Positions 45,121 through 56,935 of a stretch of 64,000 nt of DNA are shown here, in pieces. Position numbers and translations under genes: made by a program. Source of the DNA: Escherichia coli (lineage in GTDB: Bacteria > Pseudomonadota > Gammaproteobacteria > Enterobacterales > Enterobacteriaceae); the NCBI RefSeq assembly GCF_036507355.1, contig NZ_AP027877.1; one strand, given 5' to 3'. The number at the start of each line of letters is the position of its first letter. Position 1 is the first letter of the stretch. Under the pieces are notes generated by a model. It was not told where the DNA came from. It did not search any database and worked only from the letters and a program-made list of their open reading frames with translations.

Positions 45121-46710
45121 TCAGCTCAACGCCAGTAGCTGACGCGTATACTCCTGCTGCGGTGTGGCAAACACGCGCGCGCACGGTCCTTGTTCCACTA
45201 CTTCCCCTTGTCGCAGTACGATAACCTGATGACATAACGCGCGGACAACGTGCAAATCGTGGCTGATAAACAAATAGGCCAGTTGATGCTTTTGTTGCAA
45301 TGATTTCAATAGCGTCAATATTTGCGCCTGTACCGTTTTGTCGAGTGATGATGTCGGTTCATCAAGTATGATCAGCGAGGGCTTAAGAATTAATGCCCTG
45401 GCAATCGCAATACGTTGTCGCTGACCACCAGAGAACTCCGCCGGATAACGCTGGCGTGTTTCAGGATCTAATCCCACTTCATGCATCACGGCTATCACTT
45501 GTTGTTCGCGTTGTGCGGCAGAAAGCGTCGGCTGGTGAACCCGTAAGCCTTCCTCAATAATCTGCAAAACGTTGAGTCGTGGGTTGAGCGAGGAGTTTGG
45601 ATCCTGAAATACCACCTGAATGCGATGACGAATAGGTAACAGCTGGCGGCGATTTAAATTTTGCAGTGGCTGACCGTCAAAGACGATGCTGCCCTGAGAG
45701 TTAATCAGTCGCAGCAGCGCCAGTCCCGTCGTGCTTTTCCCGGAACCAGACTCGCCCACTAAACCCAGTGTTTCACCCGCTCGTAGCGTAAAACTGATGT
45801 TTTTCACCACCACATTATGATCCACAATGCGCTTCAAAATCCCTTTGCGAATGGGGAAGGCAACCTGAAGCTGTTCAACATCCAGCAACGTTGAGGCAGG
45901 TTCTGGCAACGGCACTGGATCGCCTGACGGTTCACTGTTGAGTAGCTTTTGTGTGTAAGGATGAGTGGGTGAGGCAAATAGCGTAGCGGCGTTATTTTGC
46001 TCGACACAGCGACCGTTTTGCATTACCGCCACGCGGTGGGCCAGTTTTCTGACAATGCTGAGGTTATGAGTAATAAACAGCATGCCCATATTCAGCTCGC
46101 CTTGCAGTTCGCGCAACAGCTGTAAAATCTGCGCCTGGACAGAGACGTCCAGTGCGGTGGTCGGTTCATCGGCAATTAATAATTCCGGTCGCGTTAACAG
46201 CGCCATCGCAATCATCACCCGCTGGCGTTCGCCGCCGGAGAGCTGATGCGGATAATCTGTCAGCCGTTTTGCCGCCTGGCGGATACCAACGCGATCAAGG
46301 CAGTTAAGAATTTCGCCACGAGCCGCTTCCCGACGCATCCCGCGGTGGAGTGAAAGCACTTCATAAAGCTGTTTTTCCAGGGTATGCAATGGATTTAACG
46401 ACACCATCGGCTCCTGAAAAATCATGGCGATCTTATTACCGCGTACACCGCGCAACGTTTGATCGCTGGCATGAAGCAGCGATTCGCCATGAAAACGAAT
46501 ATCGCCGGAGAGATATTCAACCGGCGGGGAAGGGAGCAGGCGTAAAATTGACAGCGCGGTAACGCTTTTGCCTGAACCTGACTCACCCACCAGCGCCAGC
46601 GTTTCGCCAGCCTCAATCTGTAGTGAAACATCATTGACTACTGTACGTACGGTTTGCTGATGGCGAAAACCCACCGATAAATCTTCAATCGCTAACAGAG
46701 TTTGCGTCAT
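45121..46710 (-). CDS. yejF: ABC transporter ATPase YejF, duplicated ATP-binding domains (529 aa)
   Basis: ATG at 46708-46710 gives [11 protein letters not shown]...; two Walker A motifs (GESGSGKS twice); the track ORF extends 16 codons upstream. Confidence 0.9.
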   Translation of the reverse strand: MTQTLLAIEDLSVGFRHQQTVRTVVNDVSLQIEAGETLALVGESGSGKSVTALSILRLLPSPPVEYLSGDIRFHGESLLHASDQTLRGVRGNKIAMIFQEPMVSLNPLHTLEKQLYEVLSLHRGMRREAARGEILNCLDRVGIRQAAKRLTDYPHQLSGGERQRVMIAMALLTRPELLIADEPTTALDVSVQAQILQLLRELQGELNMGMLFITHNLSIVRKLAHRVAVMQNGRCVEQNNAATLFASPTHPYTQKLLNSEPSGDPVPLPEPASTLLDVEQLQVAFPIRKGILKRIVDHNVVVKNISFTLRAGETLGLVGESGSGKSTTGLALLRLINSQGSIVFDGQPLQNLNRRQLLPIRHRIQVVFQDPNSSLNPRLNVLQIIEEGLRVHQPTLSAAQREQQVIAVMHEVGLDPETRQRYPAEFSGGQRQRIAIARALILKPSLIILDEPTSSLDKTVQAQILTLLKSLQQKHQLAYLFISHDLHVVRALCHQVIVLRQGEVVEQGPCARVFATPQQEYTRQLLALS

Positions 46711-46711
46711 G

Positions 46712-47737
46712 CTACACCGCCTTATTAGGATCAAATGCGTCGCGGACGGCTTCACCAATAAAGATCAGCAAAGACAATAATATCGCCACCGACAAGAAGG
46801 CGGTGATCCCAAGCCACGGAGCCTGAAGGTTATTTTTCCCTTGTAACAGCAGTTCACCGAGTGACGGTGAACCGAGCGGCAGACCGAAGCCGAGGAAATC
46901 GAGTGAGGTCAGGGTGGTAATCGAACTACATAAAATAAACGGTAAAAAGGTGAGGGTCGCGACCATGGCATTTGGCAACATATGACGCAGGATGATACTG
47001 CGATCGCTGACGCCAAGCGCCTGCGCCGCACGAATGTAGTCGAAATTACGGGTACGTAAAAACTCCGCCCGCACCACGCCGACCAGGCTCATCCAGCCAA
47101 ACAAGACAGTAATTGCCAGCAGCCACCAGAAGTTAGGCTGTACGACGCTGGAAAGTAAAATAATCAAAAACAGCGTCGGCATCCCCGACCATACTTCAAT
47201 AAAGCGTTGCCCCCAGAGATCGACTTTACCGCCGTAATAGCCTTGTAGCGCCCCCGCCAGCACGCCCATCACGCTGGAACAGAGAGTCAGCATCAGGCCA
47301 AACAGAACCGAGATCCGCGTGCCATAGAGAATACGTGCCAGCACATCGCCGCCGTTGGCATCCGTTCCCAGCCAGTTTTGCCGGGAAGGTGGGGAAGGGA
47401 AGGGCTTATCGGTAGCAAAGTTGATACTGGTAGCACCAAAGCGAATCGGTGCCCACAGTACCCAGCCGTTATTTTCCAGCCGCTCTTTCAGCCACGGGTC
47501 CTGATAATCAGCCTTACTTGCCAACGGGCCGCCAAAATCGCTTTCGCTGTAGTTTTTCAACAACGGGAAATACCAACTGCCGTCATAACGCACCAGCAAC
47601 GGTTTATCGTTGGCGATAAGTTCAGAACATAAACTCAAACCAAACAAGACGAGGAAAATCCATAACGACCAGTAGCCGCGACGGTTATGACGAAAACGCG
47701 CCCAACGGGCCTGGTTGACGGGGCTGAGTCGCGACAT
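46712..47737 (-). CDS. yejE: oligopeptide/microcin C ABC transporter permease YejE (341 aa)
   Basis: ORF track. Confidence 0.92.
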   Translation of the reverse strand: MSRLSPVNQARWARFRHNRRGYWSLWIFLVLFGLSLCSELIANDKPLLVRYDGSWYFPLLKNYSESDFGGPLASKADYQDPWLKERLENNGWVLWAPIRFGATSINFATDKPFPSPPSRQNWLGTDANGGDVLARILYGTRISVLFGLMLTLCSSVMGVLAGALQGYYGGKVDLWGQRFIEVWSGMPTLFLIILLSSVVQPNFWWLLAITVLFGWMSLVGVVRAEFLRTRNFDYIRAAQALGVSDRSIILRHMLPNAMVATLTFLPFILCSSITTLTSLDFLGFGLPLGSPSLGELLLQGKNNLQAPWLGITAFLSVAILLSLLIFIGEAVRDAFDPNKAV

Positions 47738-48831
47738 TAACGTCCCTCAAAATCTATACGCGGATCGACCAGCGTATAGCTGATATCACTGACAATATTC
47801 AGCAGCAGGCCAATCAGGGTGAAAATATACAAGGTACCAAACATTACAGGATAATCGCGCGAGACGGTCGCTTCGTAGCCCAGTAAGCCAAGACCATTGA
47901 GTGAAAACATCACCTCAATCAGCAGCGAGCCGGTAAAAAACATGCTGATAAACGTCGCCGGAAAACCGGCAATCACCAGCAGCATGGCGTTGCGGAACAC
48001 ATGTTTCCAGAGAATATTTTTTTCACTTACCCCTTTCGCACGCGCAGTCACCACGTATTGCTTGCGCACTTCATCAAGGAATGAGTTTTTGGTCAGCATG
48101 GTCAGCGCCGCAAAGCCACCAATCACTGTCGCCAGCACCGGCAGCGTGATATGACACAGATAATCGGTGATTTTCTGATACCACGGCAGCGAATCAAAGT
48201 TAGCGGAAACCAGGCCGCGTAGAGGGAACAGGTCGAAATAGCTGCCGCCTGCGAAGAAGACAATCAGCAGGATGGCAAACAAAAAGGCCGGAATAGCGTA
48301 GCCGATGATGATAAATGCGCTACTCCAGACGTCAAAGCGGCTCCCATTATAAACAGCTTTGCGAATGCCTAACGGAATCGACACCAGATAGATAATCAGC
48401 GTGCTCCACAATCCGAGGATGATGGAAACCGGCAGACTGTCTTTAATCAGCGTCAGCACCGAGGCGCTGCGAAACAGGCTATCGCCAAAATCAAAGCGGA
48501 TATAGTCCCAGAGCATTTTGAAGTAACGTTCGTGGATCGGCTTATCGAAACCGTAGCGATGAGTGATCTCGGCGATCACTTCTGGATCTAATCCGCGTCC
48601 GCCACGGTAATTACTGTCGCTGATATTACCGACGCCCGTTTGCGCATGGCTGGCGCGAACGCCTTCACCGCCTGCGCCGGGTAATACTCCGGCATTACCA
48701 AACTCAATGGCGGCGATGGCCTGGTCGACCGGACCGCCAGGCGCAATTTGCACGATGAAAAAGTTGATAGTGATAATCGCCCATAACGTTGGGATCACCA
48801 GCAACAGACGGCGAATCAGATAAGCGCCCAT
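47737..48831 (-). CDS. yejB: oligopeptide/microcin C ABC transporter permease YejB (364 aa)
   Basis: ORF track; 1-nt overlap with yejE. Confidence 0.92.
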   Translation of the reverse strand: MGAYLIRRLLLVIPTLWAIITINFFIVQIAPGGPVDQAIAAIEFGNAGVLPGAGGEGVRASHAQTGVGNISDSNYRGGRGLDPEVIAEITHRYGFDKPIHERYFKMLWDYIRFDFGDSLFRSASVLTLIKDSLPVSIILGLWSTLIIYLVSIPLGIRKAVYNGSRFDVWSSAFIIIGYAIPAFLFAILLIVFFAGGSYFDLFPLRGLVSANFDSLPWYQKITDYLCHITLPVLATVIGGFAALTMLTKNSFLDEVRKQYVVTARAKGVSEKNILWKHVFRNAMLLVIAGFPATFISMFFTGSLLIEVMFSLNGLGLLGYEATVSRDYPVMFGTLYIFTLIGLLLNIVSDISYTLVDPRIDFEGR

Positions 48832-50646
48832 CTACTCTCCCTGTTGTCTGGCTGACGGCAGTTTGGCCGCTTTATTAACATCATACCACCAGGTATCGAT
48901 ACCCAGACTGTAAACAGGGCGCACAGCGGGTTGGGAGAATTTATCCCACCAGGCGAGACGGTCTTCCGCCATGTACCACATTGGCAGCATGTAATAATTC
49001 CACGTTAATACGCGATCCAGTGCTCGCCCTAACGGTAGTAATTTTTCTTTATTTCCCTGCGCGGCAATAATTTGGTTGATCAGCGAGTCGATAACCGGGC
49101 TTTGCACGCCGGGGGCATTATAAGTGGAATTGATATATTCCGATGACCAGGAAATCTGTAAATCGGAACTGGGCCACGGCATCGCCCGCCATAGGCGCGG
49201 CATCATGTCATAGTCGCGACTGCGCATGCGGTTGGTGATTTGCGAGTTATCCACCTTGTGAATGTCCATGTTGATACCCAGCCGTTGCAGGCTGTGCTGG
49301 AACGGCAATACCCACTGACTATTGCTGCTTGCGGGAAGCAATAATTCAAAGCTGAGCGGCTGACCCGTTGTGGCATTAACGCGTTGCTGACCCTTCAGCA
49401 CCCAGCCCGCTTCGTTGAGAAGTTTGTCGGCTTTTAACAGGTTGTCACGATCGTAGCCATCGCCTTTGGATACCGGCGGCTGGTAGATTTGTGTGAAGAC
49501 TTCTGGCGGTAGATCTTTTTTCATTGGTGCCAGAAGCACCAGCTCCGCGGCGTCGGGGTAATTTCTGGCCGCGTATTCGGTATTCTGAAAATAACTGTTC
49601 GTGCGACTCCAGGCATTGTAAAACAACGCCTTGTTCATCCATTCAAAGTCAAAGGCGAGAGTGATTGCTTCCCGCACCCGGCGATCGCTGAATACTGGAC
49701 GTTGGATATTAAACGCCAGCCAGCGCGTATCCTGGGCTGATTCGTTCTTTTGCTCATCTTTGATGATGTATTTTTTATCGAAATTTTTACCGGTATAACG
49801 CGTGGCCCAGTTTTTAGCGTCGTTTTCCATACGCAAATCAAAAGCACCTGCTTTAAACGCTTCAAAGGCGACATTATCATCGAGGTAATAATCGTAGCGA
49901 ATGGTGTCGAAATTCCAGCGTCCACGGTTTACCGGTAAGTTTGCTGCCCAGTAATCTTTCACGCGGGAATAGACAATATTTTGCCCCATTTTCCAGGACG
50001 TAATTCGGTACGGACCACTGGCAAGCGGAGGCGTGGCGAGTGGATCGCTAAGTTTGTGATCCTTCCAGTACTTTTCTGGAAATACCGGCAGCGAAAACAG
50101 ACTTAACATATCTTCTTTGCCGGGTTTAGCTAACTCAATGCGCACGGTTAACGGCGCAATGGCTTTGACGGTGGTGCCTTTGTAGACCAGACGAAATTGC
50201 GGCACGCCTTCGGTCATAAATTTTTGAAAAGTAAACTCTACATCGCGGGCAGTAATGGGCGAACCATCATGAAAACGGGCGCGCGGATTAATAGCGACCT
50301 CCACCCAGGAATAATCGTCAGCATAGCGTGCACTTTCAGCAATCAGCGGGTAATAACTGCCTGGTTCGTCATCGGAAGTCGTAAATAGCGTGTCGTACAG
50401 CTGCTCGGTGCGTGCGCCCGGGTTGCCGCGCAGTGCATAGCGGTTGAAATTATCGAAGGTGCCGAGGGCTGACAACGTTATCTGCCCACCTTTTGGCGCG
50501 GCGGGGTTCACATAATCAAAATGGTTGAAATTAAACGCGTACCGGGGTTCGCCCAGCACGGCAAAGGCATAGCTTTCCTTGATAGCCTGCGCCTGCGCAT
50601 CAAAGGTGAACAGAGCGATAAACAGCAGCAGTATGCGCACAATCAT
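48832..50646 (-). CDS. yejA: periplasmic substrate-binding protein YejA (about 604 aa)
   Basis: Track ORF starts at a TTG (50652); first ATG two codons in (50646) gives MIVRILLLF... signal peptide. Confidence 0.88.
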   Translation of the reverse strand: MIVRILLLFIALFTFDAQAQAIKESYAFAVLGEPRYAFNFNHFDYVNPAAPKGGQITLSALGTFDNFNRYALRGNPGARTEQLYDTLFTTSDDEPGSYYPLIAESARYADDYSWVEVAINPRARFHDGSPITARDVEFTFQKFMTEGVPQFRLVYKGTTVKAIAPLTVRIELAKPGKEDMLSLFSLPVFPEKYWKDHKLSDPLATPPLASGPYRITSWKMGQNIVYSRVKDYWAANLPVNRGRWNFDTIRYDYYLDDNVAFEAFKAGAFDLRMENDAKNWATRYTGKNFDKKYIIKDEQKNESAQDTRWLAFNIQRPVFSDRRVREAITLAFDFEWMNKALFYNAWSRTNSYFQNTEYAARNYPDAAELVLLAPMKKDLPPEVFTQIYQPPVSKGDGYDRDNLLKADKLLNEAGWVLKGQQRVNATTGQPLSFELLLPASSNSQWVLPFQHSLQRLGINMDIHKVDNSQITNRMRSRDYDMMPRLWRAMPWPSSDLQISWSSEYINSTYNAPGVQSPVIDSLINQIIAAQGNKEKLLPLGRALDRVLTWNYYMLPMWYMAEDRLAWWDKFSQPAVRPVYSLGIDTWWYDVNKAAKLPSARQQGE

Positions 50647-50727
50647 CTGCAACGGATTTCCTTTTACTCATCATTAGCCGCAATCCGGCATGCTTTCACT
50701 ATGAATAATAAGGGACGTAAGCACACC

Positions 50728-52284
50728 TTACCACTGCGGCGTATACGGTTTCTTCAGCCAGCGGACAAAATCGTCCAGCGGTAACGGGCGACTAATCCAG
50801 TAGCCTTGCATGAAATTAACGCCGCGTTCGCTTAGCCATCGCGCCTGTTCCGGCGTTTCGACCCCTTCAGCAACCGTCAGCATATTGAGGCGTTTCGCCA
50901 GCGTCAGCACCGCGTCAAGTACGGGTGAAGTGATCGTTTCCGTACCGATGGCGTTGATAAATCCACGGTCAATTTTCAGATAATCGAGCGTAAAACGCTC
51001 AAGATAGATAAGCGCGCTGTGCCCGGTGCCGAAGTCATCAATAGCAATTTCTATGCCGACCGAGTGCAGCCAGGCGAAGAGTTGTGTGGCTTCTTGCTCT
51101 TTCAGCATATCGCGCTCGGTAATTTCCAGCACAATCTGGAAATGGTGTGCGGGCAGGGAAGTGAGCAGTTTCTGGATATCTGCTTTAAAGCTTTCGCTGT
51201 GCAGATGGTCCGGCGCAATGTTAATACCAAATTTGACGCCTACCGGCAGCACTTTTTCTAATTCTGCGGCATCGCGGGCAATTAACTCAAACAGGTGCTG
51301 AGTCAGCGGCACAATCATCTTTTGCGATTCGGCAAAGTTAATGAAGGCATCCGGGGGAATTTCTCCCGCGACAGGATGCCGCCAGCGTAGCAGTACTTCC
51401 AGGCCCGTTACTCGCAAAGCTTGTGTATCCACCACCGGTTGATACGCCACGTAAAATTGTTCGCGCTTGATGGCGGTCATGATTTCTCTGCCGGGGCGCA
51501 TACGTACGCTCATCAGGTAATAGCAGAGCAGGCCAACGACAGTTCCACTCATGCCGCCCAGTAAAAATGCGTACCACACATCGTTCCATGTCCAGTCATC
51601 TGCATAAAGCCGAACGGTCAGAGGAATGCCCGCAATTTTAGTTTCACGGACTGGCATGTCGGTTAATTCGTTAACGTTCATCAAACGTGAAGAAAAGGTA
51701 GATAGAGCAGTATTGCCAATAATGAGGGCGACGCCATCGTAATCTTCCTGCCGTGAACTATAAAAGAGTGAGGGCGTCAGGTTGAGATTCAGAGCGGCAA
51801 AGACGCCGCTGTTTTTCAGCAAAGGGTTGCGATACCAGATGACGATTGCGGGTTTGTTCGGCACCATCGGCGTGCCGGGTAAGATCGCCATATCGACATT
51901 TTTATTAATGTCGAGCGCCGGAATCAATTCATTGAGTGGAATGTCCATCTCACCGGTCGCAGATGAACAGAATGTTTTTTTATCTTTCACCAGCACAAAC
52001 GTACGGACATTCATGCTAAACGCCGCTCGGGCGGTCAGTTCGGGGTTAGCCTGCTGGCAGGTATCTAAGGTCAGCGGCTGAAGCCGGTCAGTAGTGGATT
52101 TCAGGTCGGCAAAATAGGTATCGAGATACTTTTGTACGTCGGTAATCAGTGTGTCGTATTTGACTTCGTGCTTATGCCAGGCCACCAAAAACTGAAGGCA
52201 GCTCACCAGTATCGCAATCATCACGCCTGCAACAATGCAGGTAAGCAGGAGCTTACGTCCAGAATTGGGAGCGCGTATGAACAT
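50728..52284 (-). CDS. pdeN: c-di-GMP phosphodiesterase PdeN (Rtn), CSS-EAL type (518 aa)
   Basis: ORF track; N-terminal TM/periplasmic domain, C-terminal EAL domain. Confidence 0.9.
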   Translation of the reverse strand: MFIRAPNSGRKLLLTCIVAGVMIAILVSCLQFLVAWHKHEVKYDTLITDVQKYLDTYFADLKSTTDRLQPLTLDTCQQANPELTARAAFSMNVRTFVLVKDKKTFCSSATGEMDIPLNELIPALDINKNVDMAILPGTPMVPNKPAIVIWYRNPLLKNSGVFAALNLNLTPSLFYSSRQEDYDGVALIIGNTALSTFSSRLMNVNELTDMPVRETKIAGIPLTVRLYADDWTWNDVWYAFLLGGMSGTVVGLLCYYLMSVRMRPGREIMTAIKREQFYVAYQPVVDTQALRVTGLEVLLRWRHPVAGEIPPDAFINFAESQKMIVPLTQHLFELIARDAAELEKVLPVGVKFGINIAPDHLHSESFKADIQKLLTSLPAHHFQIVLEITERDMLKEQEATQLFAWLHSVGIEIAIDDFGTGHSALIYLERFTLDYLKIDRGFINAIGTETITSPVLDAVLTLAKRLNMLTVAEGVETPEQARWLSERGVNFMQGYWISRPLPLDDFVRWLKKPYTPQW

Positions 52285-52385
52285 GATTCCGTTAATTTCC
52301 TGAAATTACGACAACATTTAAAAGATAACAATGACCGGACTATAGCCTGGATCAAGACGCGGAAACATCATTTTCTCTGATGAAT

Positions 52386-52420
52386 GAAAACAAAAAAGCA
52401 CTGCCTAAGCAGTGCTTTTA
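52386..52420 (-). terminator. rho-independent terminator downstream of mepS
   Basis: Minus strand: hairpin AGCACTGC-TTAG-GCAGTGCT followed by TTTTTTGTTTT. Confidence 0.8.
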
Positions 52421-52464
52421 GTTAACTCGTCAGGATAGCCAAGGGATTGCATCCAAACGGTTTA

Positions 52465-53031
52465 TTAGCTGCGGCTGAGAACCCGGCGTGCTTCGTTGTA
52501 ACGCTTCTTCCAGTACGGTTCATTCATGCTGGAAATAATAACACCACTGCTGGTGGAAGCATGGACAAACTGATTGTTGCCGATATAAATACCGACATGG
52601 CGTCCCGTTGAACCGGCACGGAACAGAACTAAATCACCCGTACGCAAATTACTGCGAGAAACAGATTTACCCATTTCCTGCTGTTCGTAAGTCGAACGCG
52701 GAAGTTCTAAGCCAAATTGCTCACGGAATGTACGCTGTACGAAACCAGAACAATCGATACCTTTTTTAGTGCTGCCGCCCAGACGATAACGTACGCCTTT
52801 CCAGTCAGCATACTGATCCATAATTCGCGATTTTACGTCGACATTACGAACCAGGTTTTCAAATTCATCCTGAGAAGCTTGCAGTGATGATGTTTCACTA
52901 CCCACTGCACGTGTCTCAGGATGCATATTCTTTGCGGTGTTATTTGCACTACATGCAGAAAGCAGAACCGCTACTGCAATCGCGGGAATCCCGCGCAAGA
53001 TATATCTCAAAATCGGTTGAGATTTGACCAT
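52465..53031 (-). CDS. mepS: murein DD-endopeptidase MepS (Spr), NlpC/P60 lipoprotein (188 aa)
   Basis: ORF track; lipobox LLSAC, catalytic Cys in DCSGFV. Confidence 0.93.
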
Positions 53032-53442
53032 GTTGTTTGTTTTCCCTTGAAGTCCTTAACGACAAATATCGTTATAAAAAAATGCCAAGCGACACGAGAC
53101 TAATTACCTGGGCATGTTGAAACAATTCCTTAAGGCCAAATCTGTGGACTAACGCACAAAATTATATGCTGTGAGGATAATCTACCGCCGAGGCAAAACG
53201 AGTTCGAGATTACCCGATTGGTGCGGTCTTGGCGAGCGGTTTTACATGATTTTTTATAAGAAAAAGTGATACAGAAAGTTAATAAGCGGGATTGGTCAAT
53301 TAAAGTACGATTGAGTGAAACGCATGCAATCCATTCATTTACTTAGAGAATGATTTTTGCTTTCGATGGATGAAAGCACGGTGCGCATCATCAGGATTAT
53401 CCTCACTATAAAAATAAACCTGATGATGTTAATTACTGTGAG

Positions 53443-54156
53443 TTATTTGTTTTGGAAATGTTTGTTTTTTCCCGGTAGTGATTTGTCAAAAAAGGTGATT
53501 AATCGATCACTTAATGGCGTCAGCAACACCCAGGGCAAACCGATCAATATCACGGTCATCGAACCGACAATGATGTCAGTAAACCAGTGTGCGCCAATCA
53601 TTACTCTGGGAAACGCAAAAACCACAAAAATAATAAGGGCGATAAGACCTGCAACTTTGCCGAAATAACGCCACATGAATGCCGAAAAAATAAGCAGCAT
53701 CATGCCGTGATCGCCGGGAAAGCTATCTCGTGAGGCATCTTTCGTGGGGACAGAGAGCAGTTCGCTGACGCGGTTAATATCGGTAAAAGTCAATGTTGGG
53801 CTGGCCCGTTTTACAGGAATTAATGCCTGACCCAGCTGGTTTAATACCACTGCAGTTAATAGCATGACCAGACCAATAATCACGATACGTCGTCTGCCTG
53901 GGGCGTTTTCTTTCAGCCAGAAACTCAGCATCAACATTCCCATCGCCAGCAGTGAACAACCGTCGAAAGCGCGATTGTTGGTCAATGCAACCAGCCACAA
54001 AAAGGCCTTACTTTCGACCAGTTTCTGATTAAAGAAATAAAAAATATCCGCATCAATCGGCAACCAGAATCCATGATTAACGGGAATATACCAGGAAAGA
54101 AACAGCGCGAGGCCGACAATATTCAACAACACTATTTGCGGCAAATTTTTAATCAT
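53443..54156 (-). CDS. lpxT: lipid A 1-diphosphate synthase LpxT (YeiU), PAP2 family (237 aa)
   Basis: ATG at 54154-54156 gives MIKNLPQIVLL...; the track ORF extends 12 codons upstream. Confidence 0.9.
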   Translation of the reverse strand: MIKNLPQIVLLNIVGLALFLSWYIPVNHGFWLPIDADIFYFFNQKLVESKAFLWLVALTNNRAFDGCSLLAMGMLMLSFWLKENAPGRRRIVIIGLVMLLTAVVLNQLGQALIPVKRASPTLTFTDINRVSELLSVPTKDASRDSFPGDHGMMLLIFSAFMWRYFGKVAGLIALIIFVVFAFPRVMIGAHWFTDIIVGSMTVILIGLPWVLLTPLSDRLITFFDKSLPGKNKHFQNK

Positions 54157-54194
54157 ATTTTCTCTAATTATCTTACTGAAAAACGCAGGCAACC

Positions 54195-55181
54195 TTACGC
54201 GGTTGTCGCTAAACGAAGCTTCAACAGCGCGCTCTGCAAGGCATTCCAGTCAGCTTCGCTGCTGGAAATCAGCTCAATACGGCTGTCCGGTGGCGCAACG
54301 TTTTGCGTTTCAATGTGCAGGTCATCGCCCTGACGGTTGATTCGCACCAGCCCTTCGGGAATACGCAGCACGCCTTTGACGCGTTCCACCGGTGCAAGTC
54401 GCGCCCATTCCAGAATGCCAATGGTGTCGAATACCGTATCAGCGTCGAATATCCAGCCGCAGGCCTGATATCCTTGCCCGCTGTTCAGACTGCGACGCCA
54501 GCGTTGATGCTCTGGCAGGCTTAACGCTGCTAACCCTTTTTTCACGACATGCTGATGAGAATGCGCGGCGCTGACGGGCAACTCGGCTAAATTGCGACGC
54601 GGCAAATCCAGAAGATGACCGTCAACTTTCCCATGCTCACTGTGAATTAATTGCCGATCGCCACCATTTTGCTGCCACCAGCGCTGTAGCGCTTGCTCGC
54701 TTTCAGGTGTCGCACGGTCGGATTTATTGGCGACAATGATGTCTGCGGCAGCCAGCTGGTCACGGAAGTTTTCATTGCTGGCGCTTTTTTCGTCCAGCAG
54801 CAGGCGTGGATCGAGAATGCACAAGGTGGCGCGCAGATCTATCCACGGTTCATAGACTGGTGCGGTTAACAGATCGAGGATCTGTTTCGGATGGCCCAGC
54901 CCAGTCGGCTCTATCAACAAGCGGTCTGGTTTTCCCTGACGCAGTAAGGTATTCAACCCTACCTGCATGGGTAAACCATTAACGCAGCACATGCAGCCGC
55001 CGGGGATCTCTTTCAGCAGTGCGCCGCTATCGGCGAGCAAAGCACCATCAATTCCGACTTCCCCAAATTCATTAACCAGTACCGCCCATTTTTCGTTGGG
55101 ATCTTTATGGGCTAACAGATGAAGAATCGACGTGGTTTTCCCGCTGCCGAGAAAACCGGTGATGAGGTTGGTCCTGGTCAC
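54195..55181 (-). CDS. yeiR: zinc-binding GTPase YeiR, COG0523/G3E family (328 aa)
   Basis: ORF track; Walker A GFLGSGKTT and GCMCC metal motif. Confidence 0.9.
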   Translation of the reverse strand: MTRTNLITGFLGSGKTTSILHLLAHKDPNEKWAVLVNEFGEVGIDGALLADSGALLKEIPGGCMCCVNGLPMQVGLNTLLRQGKPDRLLIEPTGLGHPKQILDLLTAPVYEPWIDLRATLCILDPRLLLDEKSASNENFRDQLAAADIIVANKSDRATPESEQALQRWWQQNGGDRQLIHSEHGKVDGHLLDLPRRNLAELPVSAAHSHQHVVKKGLAALSLPEHQRWRRSLNSGQGYQACGWIFDADTVFDTIGILEWARLAPVERVKGVLRIPEGLVRINRQGDDLHIETQNVAPPDSRIELISSSEADWNALQSALLKLRLATTA

Positions 55182-55298
55182 AACGGCTCCGCAATACTCT
55201 GGTAAGTTAACTGAGCGTTAATCCTGGCTAAAAACGGCAGAAAAGAGAAGGGGAGAGCGGACGAAGGCGAGCTTCATCCGCTTTAACCGCAGAAATCG

Positions 55299-56765
55299 TT
55301 AAATTTTGAGGGTGTTTAATAGCGCCTGATGCGCGCCGAATTGTACGATTTGTTGCCAGGCTTGTTCGATGGCCTGCACAAAATGCGGGTTATCTGGCAG
55401 ATCATCACCGAAAACTTCACGCAGGGAAAGCAGGGCGGTGACGCGTTGTTCACTGCTGCTGCCCGCAACAAGTTCGCGAATTTTATCGCTAAGCGGATCG
55501 CGAACATCAATGGCATTTCCGGCATCATCAACGCCGCTGACGTAACGCATCCAGCCAGCAACGCCTAATGCCAGCAACGACCAGTCCGTTTCACGCCCCA
55601 GATGTATGCGAATACCTGCCAGCATACGTTGCGGTAATTTCTGGCTGCCATCCATCGCGATTTGCCAGGTCTTATGTTTCAGCGACGGATTAGCAAAACG
55701 TGCAATTAACTTATCCGCATATTGTGTTAAATCGACATCTTTAATTTGCAGTGTCGGCGCTTGCTCATCCAGCATTAATGTTCTGGCGGCATGGCGAAAT
55801 GCGCGATCCTGCATGCAATCACTGATGTGGGCGAATCCTGAGAGGTAACCCAGATAAGCGAGAAAAGAGTGGCTGCCATTAAGCATCCGCAGTTTCATCT
55901 CTTCCCATGGCAGGACATCATTCACCATTTGTACACCTGCGACTTCCCAGGCAGGACGCCCAGCGACGAAGTTATCTTCAACCACCCACTGGATAAACGG
56001 TTCGCAGCTAATCGCGCAGGGATCATTTACCCCCAGATGCTGGCTGATTTCTGCCAGTGATTCGTCGGTTGCAGCCGGAACAATGCGGTCGACCATGGTT
56101 CCCGGAAAACTGACGTGTTCTTTTATCCACCCGGCGAGTTCTGGCGAACGTTTTTCTGCCATTCCCAGCACCGCGTTTTTCACCACATGGCCATTGTCGG
56201 GAATATTGTCGCAGGAGAGCACGGTAAACGGTGTAAGGCCGCGCTCACGGCGGCGTTTCAGTGCTTCGACTAGAATACCTGGCGCGGAGTGAGGTTCTTC
56301 AGGGTTTTGTAGATCGTGAATAATCCGCGGATTGCTGGTGTCGAGTGCACCGGTGGCCGGGTCAATACAATAGCCTTTTTCGGTAATCGTCAGGGAAACA
56401 ATTGCCACCTGTGGCTCGCAAAACTTCTCAATAATTGCCGCTAAGGAATCCAGTTTTGCATTCAGGCATTCGTGAACGGCACCGACAATTATCGCCTGAT
56501 TGCCGTCCGCCCCTTTCTCCAGCACGGTGTATAAATGGTTCTGTGCGCGGAGCTGGCTCATCAGTTGATCACCGCTGAACAAGCTGATTTCACAGATCCC
56601 CCAGTCACCGCCCTGGGCATTCAGCACACGATCGGTCAGTAACGCCTGATGTGCGCGGTGAAAGGCTCCAAAGCCAAAATGAACGATACGTGATTGCAAC
56701 TGCTGGCGATCGTAGCGTGGAGCGTGTACATGATGCGGGAGCGTAACGGAGGCGATTGTATTCAT
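55299..56765 (-). CDS. yeiQ: mannitol dehydrogenase-family oxidoreductase YeiQ (488 aa)
   Basis: ATG at 56763-56765 gives MNTIASVTLP...; the track ORF begins 3 codons earlier. Confidence 0.9.
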   Translation of the reverse strand: MNTIASVTLPHHVHAPRYDRQQLQSRIVHFGFGAFHRAHQALLTDRVLNAQGGDWGICEISLFSGDQLMSQLRAQNHLYTVLEKGADGNQAIIVGAVHECLNAKLDSLAAIIEKFCEPQVAIVSLTITEKGYCIDPATGALDTSNPRIIHDLQNPEEPHSAPGILVEALKRRRERGLTPFTVLSCDNIPDNGHVVKNAVLGMAEKRSPELAGWIKEHVSFPGTMVDRIVPAATDESLAEISQHLGVNDPCAISCEPFIQWVVEDNFVAGRPAWEVAGVQMVNDVLPWEEMKLRMLNGSHSFLAYLGYLSGFAHISDCMQDRAFRHAARTLMLDEQAPTLQIKDVDLTQYADKLIARFANPSLKHKTWQIAMDGSQKLPQRMLAGIRIHLGRETDWSLLALGVAGWMRYVSGVDDAGNAIDVRDPLSDKIRELVAGSSSEQRVTALLSLREVFGDDLPDNPHFVQAIEQAWQQIVQFGAHQALLNTLKI

Positions 56766-56935
56766 AGGAGTCACGTCTTAGTAACGATTAATTAACAATG
56801 ACAGTGTAAAGTTATATGACAGCAATTGAAATTGGTCTGGATTGTTAATGCGATGAAGTGTGAGGGCGATCAATCAACGAGTGAAAATTGCGGGCATAAG
56901 GTGTTCAGGAAGCGCAAAATAGAAGATTGGTATAA

